From positions 77,003,300 through 77,067,299 of the forward strand of contig NC_090387.1 in NCBI RefSeq assembly GCF_036365525.1: a stretch of 64,000 bases of DNA, given 5' to 3'. The notes under the pieces were generated by a model that was not told where the DNA came from, made no database searches, and saw only the letters and a program-made list of their open reading frames with translations. This document shows positions 22,601-34,833 of this stretch, piece after piece. A program made the translations under genes and the position numbers. The DNA comes from Heterodontus francisci. Its lineage: Eukaryota. Numbering within the stretch: position 1 is the stretch's first letter; each line of letters opens with the position of its first letter.

Positions 22601-23898
22601 TGGCTGGAGACGACAAAATCACCAGGGATGTCCCGCCAACCGCTCGTGCAGCCGCGTGACCCGTTTTGAACCTCGATGTCGGGACTTCCTCTGTTGGTAT
22701 AATTCAGCCCTTTTTTTAAGGCCTCAAGCTCCCTCGAAAGCCTAGACTTCAACTGAGTACTTATTCATTTCAGAGCCTTCAAAAGGTCCGTTCAAGCATA
22801 TATGAGCATTTCTAGGCTCCGTAGTTTTCAGAAATTTGCAGCATGCAAATTTTGCATTATGAGCATGCTTAGTTTGCAGAATTTCCCTACATTTTGCCTG
22901 CGTATCAATAGGAATTGAAAAGTGAAGGATATGTCCGTTTAGTCACGATTATTTGAAAATTGCGTTTCTTCTAACAAAGGATTAGAAATAAATTGAGATT
23001 GAATTCTAAATATTTATTTCATGAAAATTATAACACGGATAAAGAGATGGTGTTGCCTATTGTAAACTGCTTAGACAACATCTGTAAGAGAGTCCCCGTG
23101 ATTAGGGACGTTTTGACTGTGGTTTCCACAACCAAATCTGTATACTTTTAAAGTATGCCATTACATTCAGTTTTCTTGATCGGCAATAGATTGGCCAAAT
23201 CTTTACAAAAAGAAACAGTAAATGGCTGAAAGAGGGGGAAATCACGGTAGAATTTTCTTGGCTTATATAATGGCTTACAAACTAAAGGACAACATTTTTA
23301 CAGTTGCGATGCTGGCATAGTCTGAGAAAGAATATTGCGAAATTGTGTACAACCGTTCCATGGTGCTCATTAACCGTCAGAGGCAGACAGTTATGTTTGG
23401 TTGCTTTAAGGCCGAAATTGGCTGGCAATGCGGACAATGATACTGGCTACTAAGGGTACAAAAGGACATGTGGTTATGTTGATGGAGCAAGCTGTTATCC
23501 CGAAAGATAGTGATAGATTGGGCTTCAATGGTTTGAAAAGAAATAAGGGAAGTTTAGCCTCTCTTTTATTGGCCCAGCGGCTCCTACAAAGCTGCTTCTG
23601 CTTTTTACAGTATCCGATACTTCACGGATCTATTCTTCCAGTGCTCCCAAACAACTGCCCCATACATCTTGGACTCTACACTTCTCCTTTTCGGACTATC
23701 TGAACACAGTGTAAGATCTTAAGCTCCACTGTCAGTGTCCACAACCCATTGAACCACATTCCCAATGCTCTCTGGTCCTAGAACTGCCGCCATTGTTGCC
23801 AGACACTGGGTGAAACCCAACATTCATGTCACAGTGATCACACTATTACAGAACTCACACAGTATTGCCAGAAGCTCTCGAGTGCAGAATACTCTCAT
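10356..23898 (-). CDS. Spliced gene model: IgSF inhibitory receptor, leader(?)-V(J)-C1-TM-ITIM/ITSM tail, ~358 aa (SIRP/NKp30-like, non-rearranging)
   Basis: Stop-free exons on the minus strand, in order: 23859-23898 (candidate leader), 13933-14253 (V), 12582-12917 (C1), 11362-11439 (TM), 10356-10654/10658 (tail). Junctions are AG/GT and phase 1; AATAAA at 10181-10186. Confidence 0.8.
10890..11042 (+). mobile_element. CR1 3' tail fragment (intronic, antisense to gene)
   Basis: gaatcaagagg..gatcagccat..ggcagagcaggcacgagggccatatggcc..tgctcctatttc. Confidence 0.6.
11362..11439 (-). CDS. Exon: transmembrane segment
   Basis: Reads (V)CAVVGLAFLVLMIVIVTRYRLQNNE, with a strong donor GAAG|gtaaga (phase 1). 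The first in-frame acceptor is ctccag|TA; the 5' boundary is uncertain and could extend to ~11478. Confidence 0.78.
12582..12917 (-). CDS. Exon: Ig C1-set domain
   Basis: Acceptor ttctttctccgttctgtag|TG and donor G|gtgagt, phase 1/1. Translation LTLECETAAFYPDNVILIWYKNG..GLYEVSSSL..YTCSVSHISL has the CxxxxFYP and YxCxVxH C1 signatures. Confidence 0.93.
13933..14253 (-). CDS. Exon: Ig V-set domain with J-like G strand
   Basis: Acceptor tttctcacag|CT and donor G|gtaagt, phase 1/1. Translation KVTQTP..FYC..VHWW..QDSGVYHC..GNGTGSHLIVY has the B/F cysteines, C-strand Trp, DxGxYxC and GxGxxLxV motifs. Confidence 0.93.
14760..15595 (-). mobile_element. CR1 3' fragment
   Basis: QRDLGVYVHKSLKVA and decayed CR1 C-terminal/tail sequence. 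Confidence 0.75.
15600..16110. mobile_element. GC-rich non-autonomous DNA-transposon (Harbinger-like MITE) remnant
   Basis: GC-rich island with caattaa/ccttaattgg motifs, shared with 17190-17810, 22500-22710 and 33740-34100. Confidence 0.45.
16495..16990 (-). mobile_element. CR1 3' fragment
   Basis: Tail repeat (acacaaga)n followed by typical CR1 C-terminal antisense sequence. Confidence 0.75.
17190..17810. mobile_element. Harbinger-like MITE remnant
   Basis: cctcttaattgg and ggggccttaa motifs; terminus aaaattaagccc. Confidence 0.45.
18350..18700 (+). mobile_element. CR1 3' fragment
   Basis: FFLTERVVRIWNAVPESMVEAESIKAFK. Confidence 0.75.
18730..22420 (+). mobile_element. Gmr1-like Gypsy LTR retrotransposon, decayed (partial 5' LTR, gag, PR, IN, RT)
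   Basis: LTR end at ~19071. Gag from ~19254 with CYYCHKIGHLHSEC knuckle (~20358). Protease DTGA at ~20632. Integrase (H..H..CHTC, LVDCV, ERYHQTLKTM) at 21180-21990 precedes RT (SPVVLMPKPNG..CIDYREVN) from ~22015. Confidence 0.9.
22500..22710. mobile_element. Harbinger-like MITE end
   Basis: cgcctgcc..attaattgg..ataattcagccc terminus, like the one at 17810. Confidence 0.4.
23859..23898 (-). CDS. Candidate signal-peptide exon of the IgSF receptor
   Basis: acaaaATG context, MRVFCTRELLAIL + T|gtgagt (phase 1). Joins the V exon to give MRVFCTRELLAILSAYHISFKVTQ. Upstream acceptor tattttgaag| at 23917. Confidence 0.45.
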
Positions 23899-24419
23899 TT
23901 TGTCAGACCCCTAGACCTTCAAAATACAGCCAGACCTCAGCCGATAATTTTAAACCCTGATATTCGAAATACTCACAGATTAAAAGGTAGCTAAGCGCTG
24001 GTTAATCAGATTGCATTCTAAACGTACAAAGCTTCACTATGAGACCTGTTCTTCTTGATCCTACAATTCAGTGATAAACGGTCCCCTGGTATATAATAAA
24101 TTGATGTGATATGATTTCTCTGAAATAAACTTTCCACGATGCACTGAAGACAAGAATTTATTTGATGAAAATTGAACATTTTGAGTTTTGTTTTCATCTG
24201 CCGGTAACCAATCCAAATGGTGCTTAAGGAGGTTGCAGATGATGGAGTCAAACTCAAGAAAGATAACTTTTGAATAAAGGAACGTGAACTGCATTAATTA
24301 GAACTGTGGAATAACTGTACACTCCCAACCAAAACTCATGGTCCACGTTATTCAAATTTACCTTTTATGCTGCATTTGGATTGCACTTAATAAGCATAAA
24401 ACCTGGCTGACTACTCTTC

Positions 24420-25080
24420 CCCCACCCAGGCATTAGAGGTGGACACGACAAAGACACGCCCAGCCTAGTCGAACGTGCAAGACCCTCCTCACTAACACCT
24501 GGGGACATATGCCAAAGTTGAGAGGGCTGCCCCACGGACTAGACAAGCAACAGTCTGATATAGTGAACTCATTGCTAACCATGGTATGTCCGGCCCCGCC
24601 AATAGGACAGACTAAATATAACGGCACAGTTGGAAAGTCAGGTGGCAGTGGGCCTGAGAATGTTCAACATTAACATTGGACTCCATCAAATCTCATGACA
24701 TCAGGTCAAAATCGGGCAATGAAAACTTCTGCTGATTAGTAACCTCTGCCCTCCTTCAGCTGATGAATCAGTGCCTTTCCAAGTTGAACAGCATTTTCAA
24801 GAAGCACTGAGACTAACAAGGGTAAATAGTGTACTCTGGTTGGGGAGCTTCACCGTTCATAACCAGAAGTGCTTTGGCAGCACAACTTGGAAGAAACGCT
24901 GAGGCTGACACGGGTAAATAATGCACTCTGGGGAGCTTCACCGTTCATAACCAGGAGTGCTTTGGCAGCACCTCTACTAACAGAGCTAGCCGAGTGCTGA
25001 AGGACAAAACATCTAGAAGGGGCATGTCGCCAATGGTGAGAGAATTAACATGAGGGAAAAACCTAGTTGACCTAGTCCTC
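24420..25080 (+). mobile_element. CR1-group LINE endonuclease fragment with ~90 bp internal tandem duplication
   Basis: Decayed APE-type sequence (ggggagcttcaccgttcataacc duplicated at ~24798-24883 and ~24890-24971; gggaaaaacctagttgacctagtcctc). Confidence 0.6.
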
Positions 25081-27110
25081 TGAGTTATGGTCACTATCCC
25101 CGAAATGCCCACCCCCCCCCACCCCCACTGACATTTCTACCACTTGTCCGGCTTCATTCCCTAGGATTAGGTCCAGTCCTGCCCCTTCTCTTGTATGACT
25201 TTCTACGTACTGGCTCAAAAAGCTCTCCTGTTTGCATTTTAAGAGTTCCTCCCCCTTTAAGCCTTTTGCACTAAGACTATCCCTGTTGATATTAGGTAAG
25301 TTGAAATCCCCTAATATTCTTACCCTATTATTTTATAACTCTCTGAGATTTGCCTACATATCTGCTCCTCTATCTCTTCCTGACTGTTTGGAGGTCTGTG
25401 GTACACACCCAGCCAAGTGATTGCCCCATTTCTGGTTTTAAGTTCTACCCATATGGCCTTATTTGAAGAACCTTCTAAGATATCATCCCTCCTTACTGCA
25501 GTAATTGACTCCTTGATCAACAGTGCAATGCCACCTCCTCTTTTATCCCCTACCCTGTCACGCCTGAAGATTCTATACCCTGGAATATTGAGCTGCCAGT
25601 CCTGCTGCTCCCTAAACCATGTCTCTGTGATGGCAACACTATCATAATCCCATGTGCTAATCAATGCCTTCAATTCATCTGTCTAATCAATAAGACTCCT
25701 TGCATTAAAATAGATGCAATACAGCCTTGCATTATTCACTTGTCCCTTAACAGGTCTCTATTTGACCTGCCTTCCAGACTGACTCAGTTTCTCTTCTATA
25801 TTTGACTGAGTATCACCCCCTAGTGCACCGCCACTCTGTATCCCATTCCCCTGCCAAATTAGTTTAACCGCCACCAGCCCCGCCCCCCAACAGAACTAGC
25901 AAACCTCCCAGCAAGGATGTTGGTTCCGTTCTGGTTCAGGTGCAACCCATCCAACTTGTACAGGTCCCACCTTTGCCAGAAACAGACCCAGCGATCCAGG
26001 AAACTAAAGCCCTCCTTCCTGCACCATCTCTTCAGCCACGCATTCATTTACTCTATCCTCCTATCCCTATACTCAATAGCACGTGGCACTGGAGTAATCC
26101 AGAGATTACAACCTATGAGGTCCTGCTTTTTAATCTGCTACCTCGCTCCCTAAATTTCTTGTTGCAGGACCTCATCCTTCTTTTTACCTATGACGTTGGT
26201 ACCAATGTGCACCACAATCTCTGATGTTCACCCTTCCCCTTCAGGTTGTCCTGCAGCCGCTCTGTGACATCCTTAGCCCTAGCACCAGGGAGGCAACATA
26301 CCATCCTGGAGTTACATTTGCGGCCACAGAAATGCCTATCTGTACCCCTTACGATAGAATCCCCTATCTCTATAGCTCTTCCACTCCTTTTCATTCCCTG
26401 CTGGGCAGCAGAGCCATCCGTGGTGCCACGAACTTGGCTGTTGCTGCTTTCCTCTGGGAGGCCATCCCTCCCAACAATATCGAAAGTGGTATATCTGTTT
26501 GAGAAGGGGATGGCCACTGGAGACTCCTGCACTGCCTGCCTGTGGCTACTACTCCACCTGGTGGTCACCGATCCCTTTTCTGTCTGTGCAGCCATTACCT
26601 GCGGTGTGACCACCTCAGTGAACGTGCTATGCACGACCTCCTCAGAATCACGGATGCTCCAAGTGAATCCACCCACAGCTCCAGCTCCATAATGAAGGTA
26701 GCCAGTCGCTGAAGATGGATACATTTCCTGCATAAGTGGTCGTCAGGGACACTGGAAGCGTCCCCGATTTCCCAAATAGTGCAGGAGGGGCATATCACGG
26801 GTGCGAGCTCTCCTGCAATGACTTACCTTTAGATTACTTAGTTACTCCCTTTTTTAAAAAATACTAATTACACTAGGGGGATTGCTCTACTCCAAACACT
26901 ACCCACTACAATGTAAATTACACTATTTTTTAAAAAAAAAGTAGCACTCACTTTATCACTTGAGGTCTTTTTTTTTAAAAAAAACAACTTTCCCCTGATT
27001 TTTATAGCTATTTAAATTGACCAACAGCTGTTACTTACCCAACCAATCACCTTGCAGATTTCCTGTGATGTCACTGTAAGTCTTTTTTTCCCCTCTTTCC
27101 AGTGTCAGCG
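25081..27110 (-). mobile_element. CR1 5' half, inverted: 5'UTR, ORF1 (zinc finger + SGNH esterase), endonuclease
   Basis: CPSCTIWE..CRKC; IGDSIVRGTD..CCLPGA; DGLHLN; AITETW..GGGIALLI..YHRPPNS. Ends at the SDHN motif at 25081. Confidence 0.9.
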
Positions 27111-27119
27111 CGGAGGAGC

Positions 27120-29409
27120 ACTGGGGGAGCATTTCATGGATAGTGACCATAACTCTGTAAGATTTAAGGTAGTTATGGAAAATGACAAAGAGGGACCGGA
27201 AATAAAAGCATTGAATTGGGGGAAGGCCGCTTTCGATATGAGAAAACAGGATCTGGCCAAAGTGGACTGGGAGCAGCTACTTGTAGGAAAGCCTACACCA
27301 GACCAGTGAGAGTCATTCAAAAAGGAAATAGTGAGAGTTCAGGGCCAACATGTTCCCATAAAGGTGAAGGGTAGAACCAACAAGTCCAGAGAACCATGGA
27401 TGTCAAGGGATATAGAGTATTGGATAAGGAAAAAAAAAGGAGGCTTATGGCAGATTCAAAGCATTGAAAACAGCGGAGGCTCTAGAGGAGTATAGAAAGT
27501 GTAGGCGCGTACTTAAAAATAGTAATTAGGAGAGCGAAGAGGGGACATGAAAAAACACTGGTGGGCAAGATAAAGGAAAATTCCAAGGCATTTTATAAGT
27601 ATATTATGGGCAAGAGGATAACCAAGGGAAGAGTTGGGCCCATTAGGGACCAAAGTGGCAATAAGTGTGTGGAGCCGGAGGACATAGGTGAGGTTTTAAA
27701 TGATTACTTTTCATCTGTGTTCACTGTGGAGAAGGATGATGTAGGTGTAGAGATCAGGGATGGGGATTGTGATATAATTGAACAAATTAGCATTGAAAGG
27801 AAGTATCAGCTGTTTTAGCGGGCTTAAAAGTGGATAAATCCCCAGGCCCAGATGAGATGTATCCAAGGCTGTTGTGTGAGGCAAGGGAGGAGATAGCAGG
27901 GGCTCTGAAACAATTTTTCAAATCCTCTCTGGCCACTGGAGAGGTACCAGACGACTAGAGGACAGCGAATGTGGTACCATTATTCAAGAAGGGTAGCAGG
28001 GATAAACCAGGTAATTACAGGCCAGTGAGTCTTACATTAGTGGTGGGGAAACTATTGGAAAGAAATTCTGAAGGCAGGATCAATTTTCACTTGGAGAGGC
28101 AGGGATTAATCAGATATAGTCGGCATGGCTTTGTCAGGGGGATATCATGTCTAACTAACTTGACTGAATTTTTCGAGGAGGTGACTAGATGTGTAGATGA
28201 GGGTAAGGCAGTTGATGTAGTCTCCATGGACTTCAGTAAGGCTTTTGATAAGGTCCTGCATGGGAGATTGGTTAAAACGGTAAGAGCCCATGGGATCCAG
28301 GGCAATTTGGCAAATTGGATCCAAAATTGGCTTAGTGCTAGGATGCATAGGCTGATGGTTGAGGGTTGTTTTTACGAATGGAAGCCTGTGACCAGTGGTG
28401 TACCACAGGGATCGGTGCTGAGACCCTTGCTGTTTGTAGTGTACATTATTGATTTAGACATAAATATAGGAGGTATGATCAGTAAGTTTGAAGATGACAC
28501 GAAAATTGGTGATGTCGTAAATACTGAGGAGGAAAGCCTTAGATTACAGGACGATATAAATGGGTTGATAAGATGGGCGGAGCAGTGGTAAATGGAATTT
28601 AATCCTGAAAGTGTGAGGTGATTCATTTTGGGAGGACTAACAAGGCAAGGGAATATACAATGGATGGTAGGACCCTAGGAAGTACAGAGGGTCAGAGGGA
28701 CATTGGTGTACCTGTCCATAGATCACTAAAGGCAGCAGAACAGGTAGATAAGGTGGTTAGGAAGGTATATGAGATACTTGCCTTTATTAGCCGAGGAATA
28801 GAATATAAGAGCAGGGCAGTTATGATGGAGCTGTATAAAACGTTAGTTAGGCCACAGCTGGAGCACTGTGTACAGTTCTGGTCACCGCACTATAGGAAGG
28901 ATGTGATTGCTCTGGAGAGGGTGCAGAGGAGATTCACCAGGATGTTGCCTGGACTGGAGCATTTCAGCTATGAAGAGAGACTGGATAAGCTAGGGTTGTT
29001 TTCCTTAGAGCAGAGAAGGCTGCGGGGGGACCTGATTGAGATATACACAATTATGAGGGGCATTGATAGTATAGATAGGAAGAAACTTTTTCCCTTAGTG
29101 GAGGGATCAATAACCAGGGGGCATAAATTTAAGGTAAGGGGAAAGAGGCTTACAGGGGATTTGAAGAAAACAAAATTCACCCAGAGGGTGGTTGGCATCT
29201 GTAACACACTAGCTGAAGGGGTGGTAGAGCCAGGAACCCTGACAACATTTAAGCAGTATTTAGATGAGCACTTGAAATGCCATAGCATACAAGGCTATGG
29301 GCCAAGTGCTGGAAAATGGGATTAGAATAGATAGGTGCTTGATGGCTGGCACAGACAGGATGGGCTGAAGGGCCTGTTTCTGTGCTCTATAACTCTATGA
29401 CCCTATGAC
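27120..29409 (+). mobile_element. CR1 3' half (endonuclease end, RT, tail)
   Basis: Starts at EHFMDSDHN; has DFSKAFD, SGVPQGSVL, FEDDTK and a (ctatgac)n tail. Confidence 0.92.
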
Positions 29410-29840
29410 ACTAAATTATCAGACTGCTTGTCTGGCATCCAGTACTGGATAAGCAGACAGTTCCACCAATTATCTATTCGAAGACTGAAGCCATTTGCTT
29501 TGGTCCCCACTTGAAACTCTGGTCCTTAGCTACCAACGCCATCTCTCTCCCTGGCAACCTTCTGAGGCTGAAACAAACTGTATGCAATTTTGATGCGATA
29601 TTTGACCCCTGATGAGATTCTGACCACAAATCCACTCCATCACAAAGACTTCCCACTTCTACCTCCATAATATCGCCTAATTATACCCGGTCTCAGCTCT
29701 CCATCTCTCTCCCTCGTTTTCCTCTTTTAAGATGCTCCTTAAAGTCATCTGGCCGAATATTGCCTTATGTATCTTTGCCAAATTTTATATTATAACTTTG
29801 GTATGTTGTTTTAAAGGCGCAAAAAATGCAAGTTGCTGCT
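29410..29840 (+). mobile_element. L2-like LINE fragment
   Basis: gactgcttgtctggcatccagtactgg..aagactgaagccatt..tttgacccct. Confidence 0.55.
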
Positions 29841-30929
29841 CCTTACTTCCTCCTACAGTTGTGCATTGTAACTGCCTTGTTAATCGTCTACAAGATGCTT
29901 TGCAGCAACTCGCTAAGGCTTGTTCGATAGCACATGCCAAACCTGCAAATTCTACCAGCTACAACAGGGGGCTACATCCTTTTTCTCCAAAGCCGCATGC
30001 GGCTTCTAACTGATCATTTGCCATTCCCAACCTTTTTCACTTGGATCGCATTATCATGAAAGATGCCTAAAAATATTTAATCAAGAAAAGTAAGAGCTGT
30101 GTTTTTATTGTGTGGATAAAAGGTTAATCACTATGCTGAACTTTCTGGTTTAAAATGATTAGTTTAATGGAAAGATCACTGTGCTCTAAATACACCTTTT
30201 CGAGTGGTATAGCTACACAATGGTTATAGACAATGCCTTTGGTTCGAGGAATGGGTCTTATGGTTGCAAACACTATTTTTCTAATATAGCTGAGATGATA
30301 AATTATTTTGGACATTCTATTGGACAATTTTTTTAAAACACAAGAACCAATGTATGAAAAAAATCTTAATTCTATACAACTTGAACTAAAGTTTGTTTCA
30401 TAGATAACTTCACTGACACGATTATAGTAAAAATAAAATTCCATTTATTACAAGGTCTGTATAAAAACACAGACAAAAAGCGTTCTTTCAGTTTTATATG
30501 AAAAATTCTTATTACTTTTAATTCAAAGTGGAAATGTGCTGCTTTTCCTTTAAAGTTATATGATTCATCATCTTTGCGTTTTCCTTTCGAACATTCTTCT
30601 ACATAATTTATGCAAATGTACACACAAAACCTAAACATGCATATATTGGAGGTATGAATAAAAGATCAAAAATAACACAAACAACCTAAAAAGAAATCAA
30701 TAATTCAGAGTTATATCGATATTAATTTTGATTTTTTCGATTGATGAATTCAATACATGTATTTTATTTACTAAATATGCAAATTATGCATTCTACCAGA
30801 GATACTTGGCAATTTGCCATGTAGTTGGTTTCGAAATGCCGAATTTTCCTCTTGTGGCTCCCGATAGATTTTAGTTCCGGCATTTTTTAAAATTCTCTTC
30901 ATGTATATAAGGATGCCGACTCTTGACAT

Positions 30930-33530
30930 AGAGGGAGAATAGCAGTAGGCACATGGGACAGCACCTCCTTCATGCTGCCATCCAAGTGAAACACCATCCT
31001 GACTTGGAAATATATCGCTGCCGCTAACTCTGGACGAGCTGACAAAGGCCGTCGAGTCTTTCGAGACGAGTAAAACTCCCGGGAGTGACAGCTTACCGGT
31101 CGAGTTGTACTCGGCCCTGTGGGACTGGGTCGGCCCGGACCTGTTGGAAGTATACGAGAGTATGCTCCTGGCCGGCAGCATGTCAGAATCCATGAGGAAA
31201 GGCATCATCATCCTCATTTACAAGCAGAAGGGGGAGAGGGCAGAAATCAGAAATTGGCGGCCCATCTCACTGCTTAATGTTGATTACAAGATTCTGTCCA
31301 AAGTCATAGCCAGTCGAGTCAAGTCTGCTCTGGAGTTGGTGATTCACCCCGATCAGACCTGTACTGTACCCGGCAGGAAGATCTCTGATAGTCTCGCGCT
31401 ACTCAGGGATACGATCGCCTACGTACGGGACAGGAGGGTGGACACCTGCCTCATCAGCCTGGACCAGGAGAAGGCTTTTGACAGGATATCGCACACCTAC
31501 ATGATGGACGTGCTTTCCAAAATGGGGTTTGGGGAGGGAATCTGCAATGGGATCCAACTGCTCTACACAAACATCAGTAGCGCAGTCTCAATCAACGGGT
31601 GGGAATCGGAAAGTTTCCCGATCAAATCTGGAGTCAGACAGGGCTGCCCTCTGTCCCCGGTCTTGTTTGTTTGCTGTATTGAACCCTTTGCTGAGTCTAT
31701 TAGGAAGGATGCGAGCATAAGAGGGGTGACAATCCCAGGCAGCGGAGGCACTCATGTCAAAACCTCCCTGTACATGGATGATGTCGCCGTTTTCTGCTCA
31801 GATCCGCTGTCCGTGCGCAGACTGATGAGCATCTGCGACCAGTTCGAACTGGCCTCGGGAGCCAAAGTTAACCACGGCAAGAACGAGGCCATGTTCTTTG
31901 GCAACTGGGCTGACCGATCCTTTGTCCCCTTCACCGTCAGGTCAGATTACCTGAAGGTGCTGGGGATATGGTTCGGAAGGGCCGGGGCGTGCACCAAAAC
32001 ATGGGAGGAGCGAGTAGCCAAGGTACGACAAAAGTTGGGCATGTGGGGGCAGCGATCTCTCTCCATTGTGGGTAAGAACCTGGTCATCAGGTGCGAGGCG
32101 CTCACGTTGTTGCTCTACGTGGCGCAGGTCTGGCCCATAACCCACTCCTGCGCCGTGGCAGTCACGCGAGCCATTTTCCGCTTCATCTGGGGATCTAAAA
32201 TGGACCGGGTCTGGAGGGACACGATGTTCAAATCTCAGGACAAGGGCGGGAAAAATGTACCCAACGTGGCCCTCATCCTGATGACCACCTTCGTGTGCGG
32301 CTGCATCAAGTTGTGTAGATCCCCAGTACGCAAACTCCAAGTGTCACTACGTGCTGAGGTTCTATCTGTCCCCGGTGTTGCGAAGGATGGGCCTGGTCAC
32401 ATTGCCGCGGAATGCTCCATGCAGTTGGGCGGAGCCGTACCACCTATCCTTCATGGAGCAGTTTCTGCGGGAAAACACTTTTGACCACCGGTCCATCAGG
32501 CAGTGGTCTGCACAGAATGTCCTCAAGGCCCTACGGGAAAAGGAAACGGTGGATCATGTCGGATGGTTCCCCGAGCAGACCGTCAAAGTCATTTGGCGGA
32601 ATGCCTCATCACCAGAACTTTCAAACAAGCACCAAGACGTAGCTTGGCTGGTGGTGAGAAGGGCCCTCCCCGTCAGATCCTTCATGCACACCCGAAGTCT
32701 CGCCCCCTCCGCACAATGCCCCCGCGTTGGCTGTGGTGGGGAAGAGACAGTCGCCCACCTCCTCCTGGAATGTGCCTTTGCAAAGCAGGTGTGGAAAGAG
32801 ATGCAGTGGTTTTTGTCAAGTTTCATCCCAAGCAGCTCTGTAACACAGGAGTCTGTGCTCTACGGGCTGTTCCCAGGGACGCACACCGAGACAAACATCA
32901 ACTGCTGCTGGAGGACTATCAATTCGGTGAAAGACGCCCTTTGGTCTGCCCGAAACTTGCTGGTCTTCCAGCGCAAAGAGTTGTCCACCACCGAATGTTG
33001 CAGACTGGCACATTCCAAGGTCCAGGACTACGTGCTGAGGGACGCACTAAAGCTTGGGGCAGCCGCAGCAAAGGCTCAATGGGGAAAGACCACAGTGTAA
33101 GATTCCCCCACCAAGCTGGACTGAGGGGCTGGATCAATGGGAAACCCCTCGAACTGTATCGGTAATATTCTCAATTGCTGTAAATGTAAAACTGTAATTG
33201 ACATGACAATTGTGAAACAGAAGGGTTGGGAAGAAACTCATGACAGTATTGAAGGAAACTGATCTCCCTTGCAATGTTTGTATTTTTTGGTGCTGTTTGG
33301 AAACTGTTTGGCAATGTAATTTTTACAGATTTTTATGAATAAAGTATATTTTGGAAAAAAAAATCGCTGCTCTTTCATTGTTGGTGCTCAAGTTCCTGGA
33401 ACACCCAGAGGCAATTGCACCTTTACCACATACATGCAGGCAAACAAGGGATTGGCAACCACCTTCTCGAGGGCGATCAGGGGTGAGCAATAATGCTGGC
33501 ACTGTCAGCAACCCGTCTACATCCCGTGAA
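30930..33530 (+). mobile_element. Old LINE 3' end hosting the Tx1 insertion
   Basis: catgggac..ccatcctgacttggaaatatatcgctg continues after the Tx1 poly(A) through caccttctc..gggc..aataatgctggc..catccc. Confidence 0.6.
31022..33362 (+). mobile_element. Tx1-clade (L1 group) LINE, 5'-truncated ORF2, young
   Basis: NWRPISLLNVDYKIL, LDQEKAFD, GVRQGCPLSP, YMDD and C-terminal CPR..C..ETVAHLLLEC. One frameshift at ~32315. AATAAA + poly(A), with 8-bp TSD ATCGCTGC (31014-31021, 33363-33370). Confidence 0.93.
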
Positions 33531-34833
33531 CGGTGTTAAAAAGCATGTGTATGAGTTAAAAGCTTATCTAATATGCAAACACAACCGGAAATCTGAGTCA
33601 GGATTCAATGCTATTATTACACCATTTCTCAGCAGAAAAAATTGCGACTGCGAAATGGCGGCGTGTTTTTCACTCTGCCCGATTTTACTTTCCATTTACT
33701 TCAATAAAAAAAGTTAAGGGGTGGAGGTAAAAACATAGCGCTGAATTTTAAGGAACCACTGGAGACAGGAAGGGAGGCGCGTAAAATCGGGACGGGGCAC
33801 TTCAGACCGGAAATCCGCTGTCTTGACATCCCTTCTGCATTTTACTGTCAGCAGCCAATACGGAGGGAGGACCTCGCACATCCGCCTGGTGGGAGGCCAA
33901 TTAAGGTACTTAAGAGACCAATAAATAGCAATTGTATTCACTGGGTCTGATTCAATTGATGGCGAACGATAATCCCAGAATTTCTGAGCTTCGCCTGCTA
34001 AAGGAGGCCACAAGGAGGCAGGAGCTCAGTGCTGGCTTCACTGGGAAGCCTTCGGGTGAAGCAACGTCGTTTGGTAGGGACGGTATTGGAGGGAGGGCAT
34101 ATGCTCCAGCAGTAAAGCCATAATGCGATAAGTGCAAGGGAGGCTCCAGACACCCTGTTACATTCACGTTTCCTATGACCCTTACTACCTTCTAGAATCA
34201 CACAAATAAAGCCTTACTTTACCTACAGCAGCCCTGTTGTCACATATTTCCTTCAGCACTCCCACACGACACAGTGGCAAGGCTGAAGCATTGAGCGCTC
34301 ACTGCTTGGGCCCTCGCTTCCAGCCATGTGAGAGACAAGGTTTATATGAAATCCCAAAGGACATCAACAATAGGAAGGAGATGTGATGAGATTATCTAAT
34401 ATCTTTATTCACGTGACGTAAAACACAACCCGATCCATTTGCAATGTATGTTTGCCTATGAACCCCTCAGTGCATCTCTGTGCTCTTGTTAAATCATTTG
34501 CAGATGTTCCTATGGAGTGCTCCCCTATGCTGTCAGCTGAAGTGGACGCAGGCTGGTGAACATGCTGCCTTGTAGCTTGGGATGAATTTGGCGGCCAACC
34601 TCTGGTGACCTGAGGTCTGGAGGGCCCCAGCATATTGATGGCCTCCTGCAATGGTGCTGGACCCTCCTCTGTCATCAGGATGATGAAGGCGCTGGCGTCA
34701 CTGGCAGAGTTGCTGAGGAGCTGCGATCCACACCAGGAGAAGCTTGGTGAAGGAGAAGAGCCCCAGATGTGGGAGGCAGCCACTCCTCCCTTGCAAGGTA
34801 TGCTTCTACCTCCCTGCTGACCTGAGAGAGATG

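Noticed and set aside
23830-23860. CACAGTG heptamer as a possible RSS near the candidate leader
   Set aside because: No acceptable nonamer at 12 or 23 spacing, and not adjacent to a V, D or J segment.
30145-30183. GGTTT...CACTGTG as a possible J-type RSS
   Set aside because: Poor nonamer, 21-nt spacer, and no J-like coding sequence follows.
30124-30638. ORFs of 106 and 88 aa in AT-rich DNA
   Set aside because: No recognisable domain, splice structure or coding-like composition.
31105-33100. Longest ORFs (459 and 249 aa) as a host gene
   Set aside because: Truncated, frameshifted Tx1 ORF2 bounded by poly(A) and a TSD.
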